A stretch of DNA of 64,000 bases from the human T2T-CHM13v2.0 reference genome, Homo sapiens, in assembly GCF_009914755.1 (NCBI RefSeq), contig NC_060943.1. One strand, 5' to 3'. Under the pieces are notes generated by a model. That model was not told the DNA's origin and did not search any database. It saw only the letters and a program-made list of their open reading frames with translations. Within the stretch, counting starts at the first letter, position 1. Each line of letters starts with the position of its first letter. Both the position numbers and the translations under genes were made by a program. Shown piece by piece: positions 44,501-64,000 of the stretch.

Positions 44501-44980
44501 CTACTACTCACATGAGCCAAAAAGTACAAACAACTAAAATGCCCAGTAACTGACAAATGGATAAATGGAATGTGGTCTTTCCATGCAATGGGATATCACT
44601 CAGTCCAAAAAAAGAAATGAAATAATGATGCATGCTACAACAAGGATTATCCTCGTAAACATGGATTTACCTTGAAAACATTACCCTTGGTAAAAGAAGC
44701 CAGACATGGAAACTCATCAAGCTTAGTAGGCCATTTAGAGAAAACCCACAGGTAACATTACACTCAATGATGAAAGACTGAAATTATTCCATTCACATTA
44801 AATATCCAGCATAGATAAATCCATGGAAATAGGTACACGTTAGTAGTTTCCAGGGGCTCTGGGAAGCAGGCAATAGAAAGTGACTGTTTCCCTTTCAGGG
44901 TGATAAAAATGTTCAGAAACTAGATGGTGGTGATGATTACACAGCACTGTGAATGCAATAAATGCCACTGAATTTTATAC
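41575..44980 (+). mobile_element. L1M ORF2/3' remnant with nested Alu (43081-43385) and MST LTR
   Basis: RT-like peptide [13 protein letters not shown]; 3'UTR motifs (gaggatgtggagaaattggaattctcatacac). Confidence 0.85.
43993..44400 (+). mobile_element. MST-family MaLR LTR
   Basis: tgatatggttt...gtgagccaattaaacct...gaacagactaataca. Confidence 0.85.
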
Positions 44981-44981
44981 T

Positions 44982-45277
44982 TTTTCTTTTTTTTGAGACA
45001 GAGTTTCACTCTGTCACCCAGGCTAGAGTAGAACGGTGCGATCTCAGCTCACTGCAACCTCCGCCTCCTGGATTCAAGCAATTCTCATGCCTCCATCTCC
45101 TGAGTAGCTGAGATTACAGGCACCCACCACTATGCCCAGCTAGTTTTTTGTATTTTTAGTAGAGATGGGGTTTCACCATGTTGCCCAGGCTGGTCTTGAA
45201 CTCCTGAGCTCAGGCGATCCGTCTGCCTTGGCCTCCCGAAATGCTGGGATTACAGACGTGAGACACCGGGCCCAGCC
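44982..45277 (-). mobile_element. Alu
   Basis: Alu consensus; flanking tgaat(t/g)ttatactt repeats. Confidence 0.9.
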
Positions 45278-45558
45278 TGAATGTTATACTTTAAATTAGC
45301 AAATGGAAGAAATTCTTTTCTGATTTTCAAATATTACTGAAATTTTAAAGAAACAGCAGAGATGCTCAGGGTGAAGCAAGTGCTTACTGTGTGAATCCAT
45401 TTATAGGAAGTTGTAAAACATGTAAAACTAGTTGATGGTGACAAATGTCAGAACACTGGTTGCTTCTCAGACTGTATGTGGAGGCAGAGATTAATATGGA
45501 AGGGCATGAAGGATGCTGTTTTCTCTGGTCAAAGAATGACCCTTATCTTGAGAGGGTT

Positions 45559-45639
45559 TCAGTTGTGTGAGTACATGCCAGTCTCGCCATAGGACGTCTC
45601 TGGGCTCCCATGGGCATCTTGCATAAACTCAGGAACTGG
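45559..45639 (-). ncRNA. MIR8074: Annotated microRNA hairpin miR-8074 (mature ~45569-45592)
   Basis: Reverse complement of 45569-45592 is CUAUGGCGAGACUGGCAUGUACUC, which I recall as miR-8074. Position upstream of SIGLEC22P fits, and the hairpin ends pair (cagtt/aactg). Confidence 0.7.
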
Positions 45640-46027
45640 GTTCTTCTATTCTCTGCTGCCTCCCACCACCCTACTCTCAGAAGATACCTTGATTCTGGCT
45701 TAAGAGGAAATAAACACAGTGTAGTGATAGAGACCCTTTCCTGACTATAAAACTATTCACCTCATTGCAGCTGCTACCATCCCTCCTTCAACTTGGTTGT
45801 TCCATCTTACCTTGAAAAGTGACTTATGGAACAACTTGTCCAAACGTCTCCACTTTAGAGGGACACCAGTTTCCTGTGTAATTATGTTGATTGCAATGAA
45901 ATACTCCTAAGAGAGGGCTGACATTCCTGCTTCCAATCAGAAAATGAGGTCATTAGGCAAACGTCCAGCAGAGAGAGTAATTAGAAAAGATGAAAACATG
46001 CATTCCAATCTATTCTGTTCTTATTAT

Positions 46028-46325
46028 GTTTTTTTTTTTTTTTTGAGATGGAGTCTTACTCTGTCACCCAGTTGGAGTGCAGTGGCATGATCTTGGTCAC
46101 AGCGATCTTCACCTCCCAGGTTCAAGCGATCCTCCTTGCCTCAGCCTCCTGAGTAGCTGGGACTACAGGCACCCACCATCACACCTGGCTAATTTTTGTA
46201 TTTTTAGTAGAGATGGGGTTTCACCATGTTGGCCAGGCTGGCCTCGAACTCCTGACCTCAGGTGATCCACTTGCCTTGGCCCTTCAAAATGCTGGGATTA
46301 CAGGCATGAGCCACTGCGCCCAGCC
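46028..46325 (-). mobile_element. Alu
   Basis: T-tail plus Alu. Confidence 0.9.
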
Positions 46326-46891
46326 TATGTTCTTCTGGCTGGACTGGAGGACAGTAAGGAAACAGGGCAGGGCTGATGCTTTCCAAACACAGTGGGACAT
46401 AGTCCTCAGGTCAGCAGCGAGCAGGGGATGGGAACCCACCTCATCTCACTAACCCTAGCTGCCATCAGTAGAACAAAAAGTCATTAATAAAATCCAAATC
46501 CTGGAACAGCTTCAAGGAAACAAATGTCAACATTGACCAAGTCAATAAACATGTCAGTGTCTTCTGGCCAGAGATCAGCAGGCACCAGGAATAGATATGT
46601 AGTTGGGTTATTACTCATTGCAGTGAGGAACCACGAAAACCATGAGGTGTTTCAGTAAGAGAGAATTATAACTGGCTTATTATAGGATTTGGACTTGTGT
46701 TAGGTGATTTGGGGAAACTTTTTAAAAAGCAGTGTTTGCTTCTTTGGATGTCAGGAAGTCAGCATAATTCTAACACTGGATCTTCATACATCTAATAAAA
46801 AAGGAGAAAGAACTAGACCAAAGCTACCTTAGTCAGTTTGGGCTAGAATAAGAGATATCACAGACCGGCTAGCTTAAAAAACAAACATCTA

Positions 46892-47176
<285 letters not shown>

Positions 47177-49737
47177 TCATAGTTCTGGAGGCTGGAAGAC
47201 CAAAATAAAGATGTCAGTACAACTGGGTTCTTAGTGAGGTCCCCGCTCCTGGGTCACAGATGACTGCCTTCTCACTATATCCTCACATGGGAGAGAGAGA
47301 GCTCTGGTCCCTTCCTCATTCTTACAAGTGCCATAATCCCAGCATGGGCATTCCACTTCCATGAGCTCACCTAAATCCCATTATCTCCTAAAGGCCCCAC
47401 CTCCAAATATCATCACATCACATTAAGAATTAGGACATCAATACATGAATTTTAGGGTGACACCAACATTTAGTCTATAGGAAAGGCTGTGGCTGTAATT
47501 GGTAAATAATCATCAGTCTTTCCTGTTACCCTAGATGGGAAATATGTAGCCATTTTCCAATTTGGACAACATTCTTGTTTGTGTCTGTGTTAAGGCATGA
47601 CTGTGCTGTGGTCTTATTCTTGTCTTGATCCATTATGCTCAAAGAATGTCCTTGTCTGGTGTTGATGTCCTGTGCAGTGATTGACAACAGGACAGGAGAA
47701 TTGCTTGAACACGGAGACAGAAGCTGCAGTGAGCTGAGATGGTGCCATGGCACTCCAGCCTGGGTGACAGAGCGAGACTTCATATATATAAATCACGCCA
47801 CTGCACTCCAGCCTGGCAACAGAGCAAAACTCCATCTCAACAGCCACAACAACAACAAAAGTCTATAAAAAGACTTACACCTGAGTACCATTAGTGAAAA
47901 ATGGGGAAATCTCAAATGCCTATCAATAGATGAATAAATATAGGACTATAGTATATTCATACAATGGGATACTACTGAGCAATATCACACTGTGAAAACT
48001 ATAGGCACAAACAACTTGGTTCAGTTTCAAAAAATATGCTGAGTGACAGAATACAGACACAGATGAGTACATTCCTTCCTAGGAAATTTTGAAATAGGCA
48101 AAAGCGACACACTATGAGAGAGAGGATCTCAGTGGTTGCCTGGCACAAGAAGTGGGAATGATGAACTGCAAAGAGGTTAGGCAAAGCCCTTGGTGTAGTG
48201 GAAATGTTGTATATCTTGATTGTGCCAGTCACAACAGGGCTGTATGCACCTGTCAAAATTCATGAAAATGAACACTTCAAGTGGGTGCACATCACCTCAT
48301 GTAAATTATACCTAGTTAAGTTCATTAAAGAAACACAGTAAGACAGATTTTCTTATGTATCCTTCTACTCCATGAATGTGGTATGATATTTTACTGTTAA
48401 AAGTAAATATACTGAATATTATATTATGTGCCTATACTATCTTTTAAAATAACTTACAGCAAGATATTGTTTTATCTATTGAGGACTCACTTCCTTATAT
48501 TTAAAAAGAGGATGGAAATACCTCTCTATGGTAGGTAGGATGAATGAACATTTTTATAGATACTACTGTGTATAGAGATTTTACCTGTATATGGTTGCAA
48601 ATACTGATATGTCTCAGGCATTGAGGATCTCCCAGGTGTGTACCACAGAGAGTAAAATAAAAAACCATATGAGCTGAAGCTAAATTTTAATTTTGTCTGT
48701 ACATTCAACTCATATTGTCTGGAAACATTATGTCTTTAGGCCTCATTTAATTATCAGAAATGTATTTTTACATGAAAGAAAATGCTAATCTCTATGGTAA
48801 GCCCCATAAAAAAATTGCTGCTGTCCCCACTGCAGGGAATGGCAACACTAATGGAAAAGAAATTTCTTCTGGACTTGTTCACAGAAGCTTTCGTTTTAGA
48901 TGAAAATACTACATGTTTCTTATTTTAGTGATGTCGCTGAAACATTGCAAATCAGTGTACTAACTGCCAGGGGAAAAAATCCATAGTCATACTTCTTAAA
49001 AATACCTCATATGATACCATGACATATGGCAAAGTCACCAGCATCCACAGCTGTGAAGCCAAACAGTATTTGTGTGTGGTGAACATGAGGCTATGGATGG
49101 GGAGTATCTAAAGGGGAGGGACCAGGTCAGTGGCATCTCTTCTTGTCTCCAGCCTCATTGGCACATAGATGCTCGGTATAGCTTAGGTGAATGAATGAAT
49201 GAATGAATTGAATGAATGAATGACTGTCACCTTCACCACATCTAGGACCCTTCTTCATTTCTTCTGCCCCAGACACTTACATGAACCCTACAGAAACCTA
49301 TATCCTGCAGGACGAACCACCCCACAGGTCAAGAAGAGGCCGTGACTCGGGCCAGGCCTGGAGTGACCAGCTGCCTGGTGTAAACAGTTGTGCACAGAAA
49401 AGCACCTCAGAGTGGAAGGACTTTAGACATGGGGTTCACATGTCTCAGATGGCCCCGAAGGTACTGATCCAGGCTCTGGTGCTCCTGGAAGGCAAGACTC
49501 AGATTCTGCTCCATCTCCTCCCATCTCTGGGCGAGTCTCTGGCATCTCTGGCCCATGAGGGTCAATCTGTGTGGAGGGGACAAGCTCTGAGCACGTGTGG
49601 GTCTGAGGTTCCTCTTCCATGCAGGGCTGAGGTTTCCTGCTCCTCCCCAGCTTCCTGTCCGGCCCTGTAGTCCTTCCCCTCCACTCCCTTCCTCTTCTCT
49701 GCTCACACAGGAAGCCCGGGAAGCCTCTGCCTCAGAC

Positions 49738-54178
<4,441 letters not shown>

Positions 54179-54848
54179 TCTCTCAGGTGAGTGTTGTGGA
54201 CGTCTCACCCTCCAATATCGTGCTGGATGACTTCTTTCTATGGCCCCCAGGATAGCTGCACTCAGCATGGCCAAAGTTGAACCTCCCATGTCCATCCCCA
54301 AACCCACTTCTCTTTAGCCCCATCTCTAAAGTCAGAACCAGCTTGTGGGTCTCCACCTTGACCTCCCCACCTTCTCCAGATCTCATAAATCACCCACTCT
54401 TGTCCCTCTTTCTCCCAACCAGGGCTCATTTGGTGCCCTTTTCTCCGTCCTGACCTTGGTCATGCCTGGGCCCTCACCTCCTCCCTGGTCACTGAACCAT
54501 CCTCACCTTTTGCCTCCCTGTCTCCCCAGCACAGGCCTCCAGACTCTGCTTCTAGCTGCCTCCTCGTCCAGTGCCTCCACAGTCTGAACAGCCTTGTCTC
54601 CTTGTTTCCTCTCCATTGCTGGAGAACACCACCGTCTGGACTGAAGGCCTTGCACGTTCTATCCTCCACTGGACTCTCCTGATCCCTCCTTTCTCTGTGT
54701 CACCCAAAGTCTCCCCACACCCACTGGGCCAAGCCCTCTATGACTCTGAGACTTTGCATGTGTAGTTCCGTTTCCTGAAATGCCCTTCCCTCCCATTCCT
54801 GCCAAGTCCAGGTCCTGATTGTCCTTCAGGCTCAGTCTTAAATGTCAC

Positions 54849-54850
<2 letters not shown>

Positions 54851-54888
<38 letters not shown>
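54851..54888. repeat. (GT)n microsatellite
   Basis: Seen directly; the SIGLEC17P paralog (~11910) has only gtgtgtgt. Confidence 0.95.
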
Positions 54889-54890
<2 letters not shown>

Positions 54891-55047
54891 CTTGTATGAT
54901 ATTGAGGGAAGGAGTGACATTTATTCATTAATCTATAGATTCTTTGGTAACTATACTGAACACCTACTATGTGCCAGCATTGTTGTAGGTGCCAGGGGTT
55001 CACTGGTAGACATAGCATCAGAAATCTCAGTATTAAGAAGATGTTCT

Positions 55048-55300
<253 letters not shown>

Positions 55301-55998
55301 AAGATATTCTGAAGACAAGATGGACATAAAAAAAGGAATAAGCAATAGAAAGTATTTAACTATATAGGATGGCAATATATGTTTAGAGAAAAATCATGCA
55401 GGGAAAGAAGCATAAGATATACTGGGGAACCATCTCTGTACCTGATGATGGGAAGAGATTATATTTGGGCTAACACATGAAGGTGGTGAGGAAGCAGGCT
55501 CTGTGTGTATATAAGCAAAAGCATCCCAGGAAGAAGGAAAAGGGGGAAGAGCAAATGCATTGCTCAGAGGCAGCAGTAGGCCTGGGTGTTGCAAACACAC
55601 CCAGTAACCCATGTCTAAGAGCAGAGGGAGGCAGAGGAGTCAAGCGGTGGAAAGGACACTGCAGACCACCTGGTGCCCTGCAGGCCACACAGGAACCTAG
55701 AGCCTTTGTGGAGAGGAGAGACTCAACTGGACTGGATCCCTTGGCTCCCTGGCGAGAGCAGGCCTGAGCGGGTCAAGGCACCTACAGACAGACTGGGAGA
55801 GCGCTGCTGGATCCTCCAGGAAGAGGAATGAGGTCTTGAACCAGACAGGCAGGGTTGGAGTGAGGATGTGTTTTTGGATGTATTTGGAAGGTCAAGCTCA
55901 CAGGATTTTCTAATGGATATAGTCATTGAGGGGAAGGGAAGAGCATGGATAAAGCCAGAATGTTCCTCTGAACATCTCACTCTTTCGAAACTCCAATG

Positions 55999-58895
<2,897 letters not shown>

Positions 58896-61552
58896 GGAAA
58901 AGTTCCTCTCCATGTTTTGAAACAAAAGATATTATTCTCTCACAGTTCTGGAGGCTAGAAATTTGAAATCAGTAAGGCCAGGCAGAAATGAAGGTGTTGG
59001 TTGGACTACAACACTCCAGAGACTTGAGAGGATCCATACCTCGCTTCTTCCACATTATTGTGGCTGGTGTCATTCCTTGAATTTTGGCTGGACTGCTCCT
59101 ACTTCTGTCTCTGGGGCCACATGGCCTCGCCTCCTTCTGTGTATATCACATCTCCCTCTGCTTTTCTCTTATCAGGACTCTTGTAGGACTCTTGTGATTA
59201 GATGTAAGGGTTGACTGCATAATCCAGGATTTCCACTGGTCAAGATCATTAATTTAATTAAAGTTGTAAGAATACCTATAAAGTAACAATACAGGCTCAA
59301 GAAACTAAGACCCAGTTTTCTTTGGGGGTCATTATTCAGATTACTGAGCCGCTGTGTGATCTTCTGCCCCCTAGGAGGCCCCCATCTGCCCTCCAGACCT
59401 TGCCTTCTCTTTCTATTACTTTCTCTGTTCTTTCCGTCCTGACACACTAGTGGGCCAACTCATGTAACGCGTATTTATGGGAATGGGGTCTATTATACCA
59501 TAAAAGACACTGATAAGACAGCCAAAAGATAAGTTACAGGGTGATAACACCTGAATATAGGTATCTGATGAATGACTTGTATCCAGAATATATCAAGGAC
59601 TCTCAAAACAAAAACATAAGTAAACCACAACAGCAACAACAACAACAAAAGGCCCAATTTTGTGTAAATGAAAAAGCAGCCACTCAACAACAACAAAAAA
59701 TAAACAACACTTAAAAATGGACAGAGGGTGTGAATCACATTTCTCAAAAAAATATAGTACTCAAGGCCCTCACCAGAAGCAAATGCCAGCACCACATTTC
59801 TTGCACAGCCTGCAGAACTGTGAGCCAAAATATATCTGTTTTCTTCATAAATTACTCAGTCTCAGATATTCCTCTATAGCAAGCCAAGAATGAACTAACA
59901 CAATATTTTAAAAAGGTAGCCAAAGGTTTTATCAGCCACCTCACCAGAAAAGAAAAACAGATGGCAAACAGGCTCATGAAAACATACTAAAGATCATTTG
60001 TCCTTAGGTAATTATAAATCAGGAGAATAAGCATTCTTAGGTAGCATTACATACCTGAGAACATAACTAGAAAACAAAACAAAAATAAAAAGAAATGTTT
60101 AAATATTCTGATAATATCAAATGTTAACAAGGATGTGAAACAATCAGAATTCACACATAACTCCTGGTGGGAATACAAAATGGCACATCAACTTTGGAGA
60201 ACAGTTTGACAATTTCTTATAAATTTAAACTGAACACTTACCATAGGACCAGGCACCTGACTCCTAAGTATTTACCCAAGAGCAATAAAAACTTACAGTT
60301 ACACACAGAAACCTGCATGCCAATATTTATAACAACATTATTTCATAGTCACCCAAACCTGAAAACAATCTGAATGCTCCTCAAATGGTAAATGCATACA
60401 AAATGGGGGGTCCATAAAAACAGTGAGTTACGAGTCAGCAATTAAAGGGAACAAACTATAGATTCATACACTCAACCACATGATTGAACCTCAGAGGCAC
60501 TGCACCAAGTAAATGAAGCCAGACTTTGGAGGCAACATTTTGTATGATTCCATTTATACGACATTCTGTGAAAAGGCAATACAGTAGGGATGGAAAACAT
60601 ATCAGCATTTTTTCATGGACTAAGTGTGGAGGGAGGGTTGACTACCCAGAGACAGGAGGAAGGAACGTTTGGTTAATGACACTCTTCAGTGTCTTCACAG
60701 TGGTTGTGGGTATATAATTATATACAACTCTCAAACCATATCAAAATTGCATATGATAAAGAGTTAATTCAACTGTATCTAACTTTAAATAAATTAAAAA
60801 ATTTAAAACACTGGATGCCACTATGCTCTCACTAGAATTGTTCAAATATAAAGCAGGACAGTATCATACGTCGACAAGGGTGTGGAGCTACTGGAATTCT
60901 GGCACATGGCTAGGAGGAGTGGTAAAAAGTCAAAACCATTTTGGACAACAGTTTGGCAATTCCTACTAAGGTTAAACTTACAAGTAGTCATTAGTCTGAC
61001 TATTTATCTTCCTGTGTATACCAATTAGTATAAAACCATGTATGTAAAAAGACTTGTACCTGAATACCTGTAGGGAGAAAACTGGAAAATCCTTGTCTAT
61101 CAATAGGTGAGAAATAAAACATTATAGTATACACATAAATGGAATACTACTTAACAATATCACATTTTGAAATACAGACACAAACAACGTGGTTCAGTTT
61201 CAAAAAATATTATGCTGGGTCATAGGATACAGACACAAATTAACACATCTCTAGGAGATTTTCAAATAGACTAACTCACAATGAAAGAGGACATATCAGT
61301 GGTTGCCCAGCATAGAAGGTGGGAAGAAAAGCCCTTGGCATACTAGAAATGCTGTATATCTGCAGTGTGGTGAGTATACAGGCTGTACATACTCGTCAAA
61401 TCTCATGCAAATGTGAACTTCAAGTAGGTGTGCTTTATTTCATGTAAATTATACCTAATTAAATTCATTAAAGAAACACAGTAAGACTCACATATTCATA
61501 TTTGATCTTCTGGTCCATGAACATAGTATGACTTTATTGTTAAAACTAAATG

Positions 61553-61896
<344 letters not shown>

Positions 61897-62629
61897 TTAA
61901 ATAACTTACAACAGATATTATTTACTGGAGACTTAATTTGTTGTATATCAAATGAGGATGCAGCTACCTCTCTATTAATAAGGATGAATGAAGAGTTATC
62001 TAGATACTATTGTGTGTAGAGATTTGACAAAGGTATGGTGGCAAGTACTAATATGTCCCAGGGATCAACGGTTTGCTGGATGCATACTACACAGAGTGAT
62101 ATGGAAAACCATGTAGCTGGACCTAAAGTTTAATTTTCTCTGTACACTCCACTCATGTTGTCTGGAAATATTATGTCTTTGGGCCATATTTAACTGTGAG
62201 AAGCAGATTTTTACATGAAAGAAAATGTTGATCCATATGATGAGCCTCTAAAAAAACTTGCTTCTGCCCACACTGAACCAAATGGCAGCATGAATGGAAA
62301 AGAAGTTTTTTCTGCACTGGTTCATAGAACATGTGTTCTCCCTTTTGTTTCACAGGAAGATGCTGCATGGTTCTTGTTTTGGAGATGTCATTGACACTGT
62401 GCAAATCAGTGTACTAGGTGCCAGGGGAAAATTCTATAGTCATATTTCTTTTAAAATTTCCAATATGCTACCATGATACATGGCAAATTCCCAACTTTTC
62501 ACAGCTCTAAAGCCAGACAGCATGTGTGTGTGTGGTGAGGACATGAGGCTATGGATGGGGAGTATCTTAAGGGCAGGAATCAGGTCAGTGGCATCTCTTC
62601 TCAAGCCCCACCTATACACAAAGGCTCAC

Positions 62630-63189
62630 TGTAAGAATTAAAGAAAGAGGAAAGAAACACGAATGGTGGCTCACCAGTCAAGACAGATTTTAGAGAAAAC
62701 AAACCTGAGAGGAGTTTCTGGCCGAGTTAAGTCAGAGGCACACTCTCTTACAGACTAAGAGTTTTTAAGGATTTAGGGTGGGAGAGTTTATCAGAGACTT
62801 GGACTGCTTCTGAGTCTCTTTGTTGTGCTTATCTGGGAGAGAGAGGTGTGTGTCTGTACCCATACATCTTTCTGCAGCTACAGGCATACCCACTGAGTCT
62901 GCTTTTAGCTTCCCTATCTTAGTGCACCTGAAGGGAAAGGAATTTGCTTATTAAGGCCCACTGTTTTACTAGGGCCATTGTATGAGGGTGAAGTTTGGCA
63001 GTAACTCAAGAGACTCTCCCCCTACCTCCCTCTGTGCCCGAGCTGTCTTATCTGTGTTTCACTGTCTGCTCTTTCTGGTTGCTTGTAGTTAGCAGAGAAG
63101 TGATTTCCTTGAAATGCATGAGGCTAGAAAGGAAATTGGAACTTAAAGAGGCAGTGTTTCTCCGAGATGACGGTGCTCCTGCTCTGTCA
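62630..63189 (-). mobile_element. Solo LTR (LTR6A-like, ERV1) in the CD33 upstream region
   Basis: 560 bp, TG...CA, perfect 5-bp TSD ctcac; reverse complement starts tgacagagcaggagcaccgtcatctcgg; absent at the paralogous sites (~5486 and ~49170). Confidence 0.75.
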
Positions 63190-63375
63190 CTCACTATATC
63201 TTTAGTGAATGAATGAATAAATGAATGGCTGCCACCTTCACTTTACCTAGGACTCTTCTTTGTTTCTCTGCCCCAGACACTCACACGGACCCTATAGAAT
63301 CCTATATCCTGCTGGACTAAACACCCAATGGATCTAGGTGAGGCTGCGACTCGGGCCAGGCCAGCAGTGATCAGC

Positions 63376-63739
63376 CCTGGTGTAAACAGTTGTGCACAGA
63401 AAAGCACCTCAGAGTGGAAGGACTTTAGACATGGGGTTCGCATGTCTCAGATGGCCCTGAAGGTACTGATCCAGGCTCTGGTGCTCCTGGAAGGCAAGAC
63501 TCAGATTCTGCTCCATCTCCTCCCATCTCTGGGCGGGTCTCTGGCATCTCTGGCCCATGAGGGTCAATCTGTGTGGAGGGGACAAGCTCTGAGCATGTGT
63601 GGGTCTGAGGTTCCTCTTCCATGCAGGGCTGAGGTCTCCTGCTCCTCCCCAGCTTCCTGTCCGGCCCTGTAGTCCTTCCCCTCCACTCCCTTCCTCTTTT
63701 CTGCTCACACAGGAAGCCCTGGAAGCTGCTTCCTCAGAC
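63376..63739 (+). promoter_or_regulatory. CD33 proximal promoter/5'UTR with ETS(PU.1)-like GAGGAA core (ttcctc 63611-63616)
   Basis: Immediately 5' of the ATG; the tgaggttcctcttc motif recurs ahead of the paralogous ATGs (~5920, ~37356, ~49605). Confidence 0.6.

Positions 63740-64000
<261 letters not shown>

Overview
Human (primate) genomic DNA from the CD33-related SIGLEC cluster (chr19q13.4), + strand. It holds four tandem SIGLEC pseudogene units: SIGLEC17P (ATG 6016), a SIGLEC8-like unit (ATG 23444, probably SIGLEC20P), a heavily degraded unit (ATG 37485, probably SIGLEC21P) and SIGLEC22P (ATG 49738). The window ends inside CD33 exon 2 (ATG 63740). Also present are a minus-strand processed ZDHHC7 pseudogene split by an LTR, MIR8074, a CpG island with four AGCCAATCAG boxes, and many Alu, L1 and LTR elements. 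Main observations: (1) The only ORF-breaking lesions I find in SIGLEC17P (1-bp deletion) and SIGLEC22P (one TGA) lie in the phase-symmetric V-set exon 2. Skipping that exon, as CD33 naturally does, would give open 175-aa and 176-aa C2/TM(Lys)/short-tail ORFs. (2) SIGLEC22P has a CD33-like promoter and exons 1-2 joined to a SIGLEC17P-like, Lys-containing activating-type 3' half, like a relic activating partner of CD33. (3) A decayed CD33-type ITIM exon with its 3'UTR lies behind SIGLEC17P. (4) The CD33 allele reads Val14 with the linked promoter A (rs12459419-T / rs3865444-A haplotype). Gene names, SNP IDs and repeat subfamilies come from recall and were not searched. Repeat boundaries are approximate.
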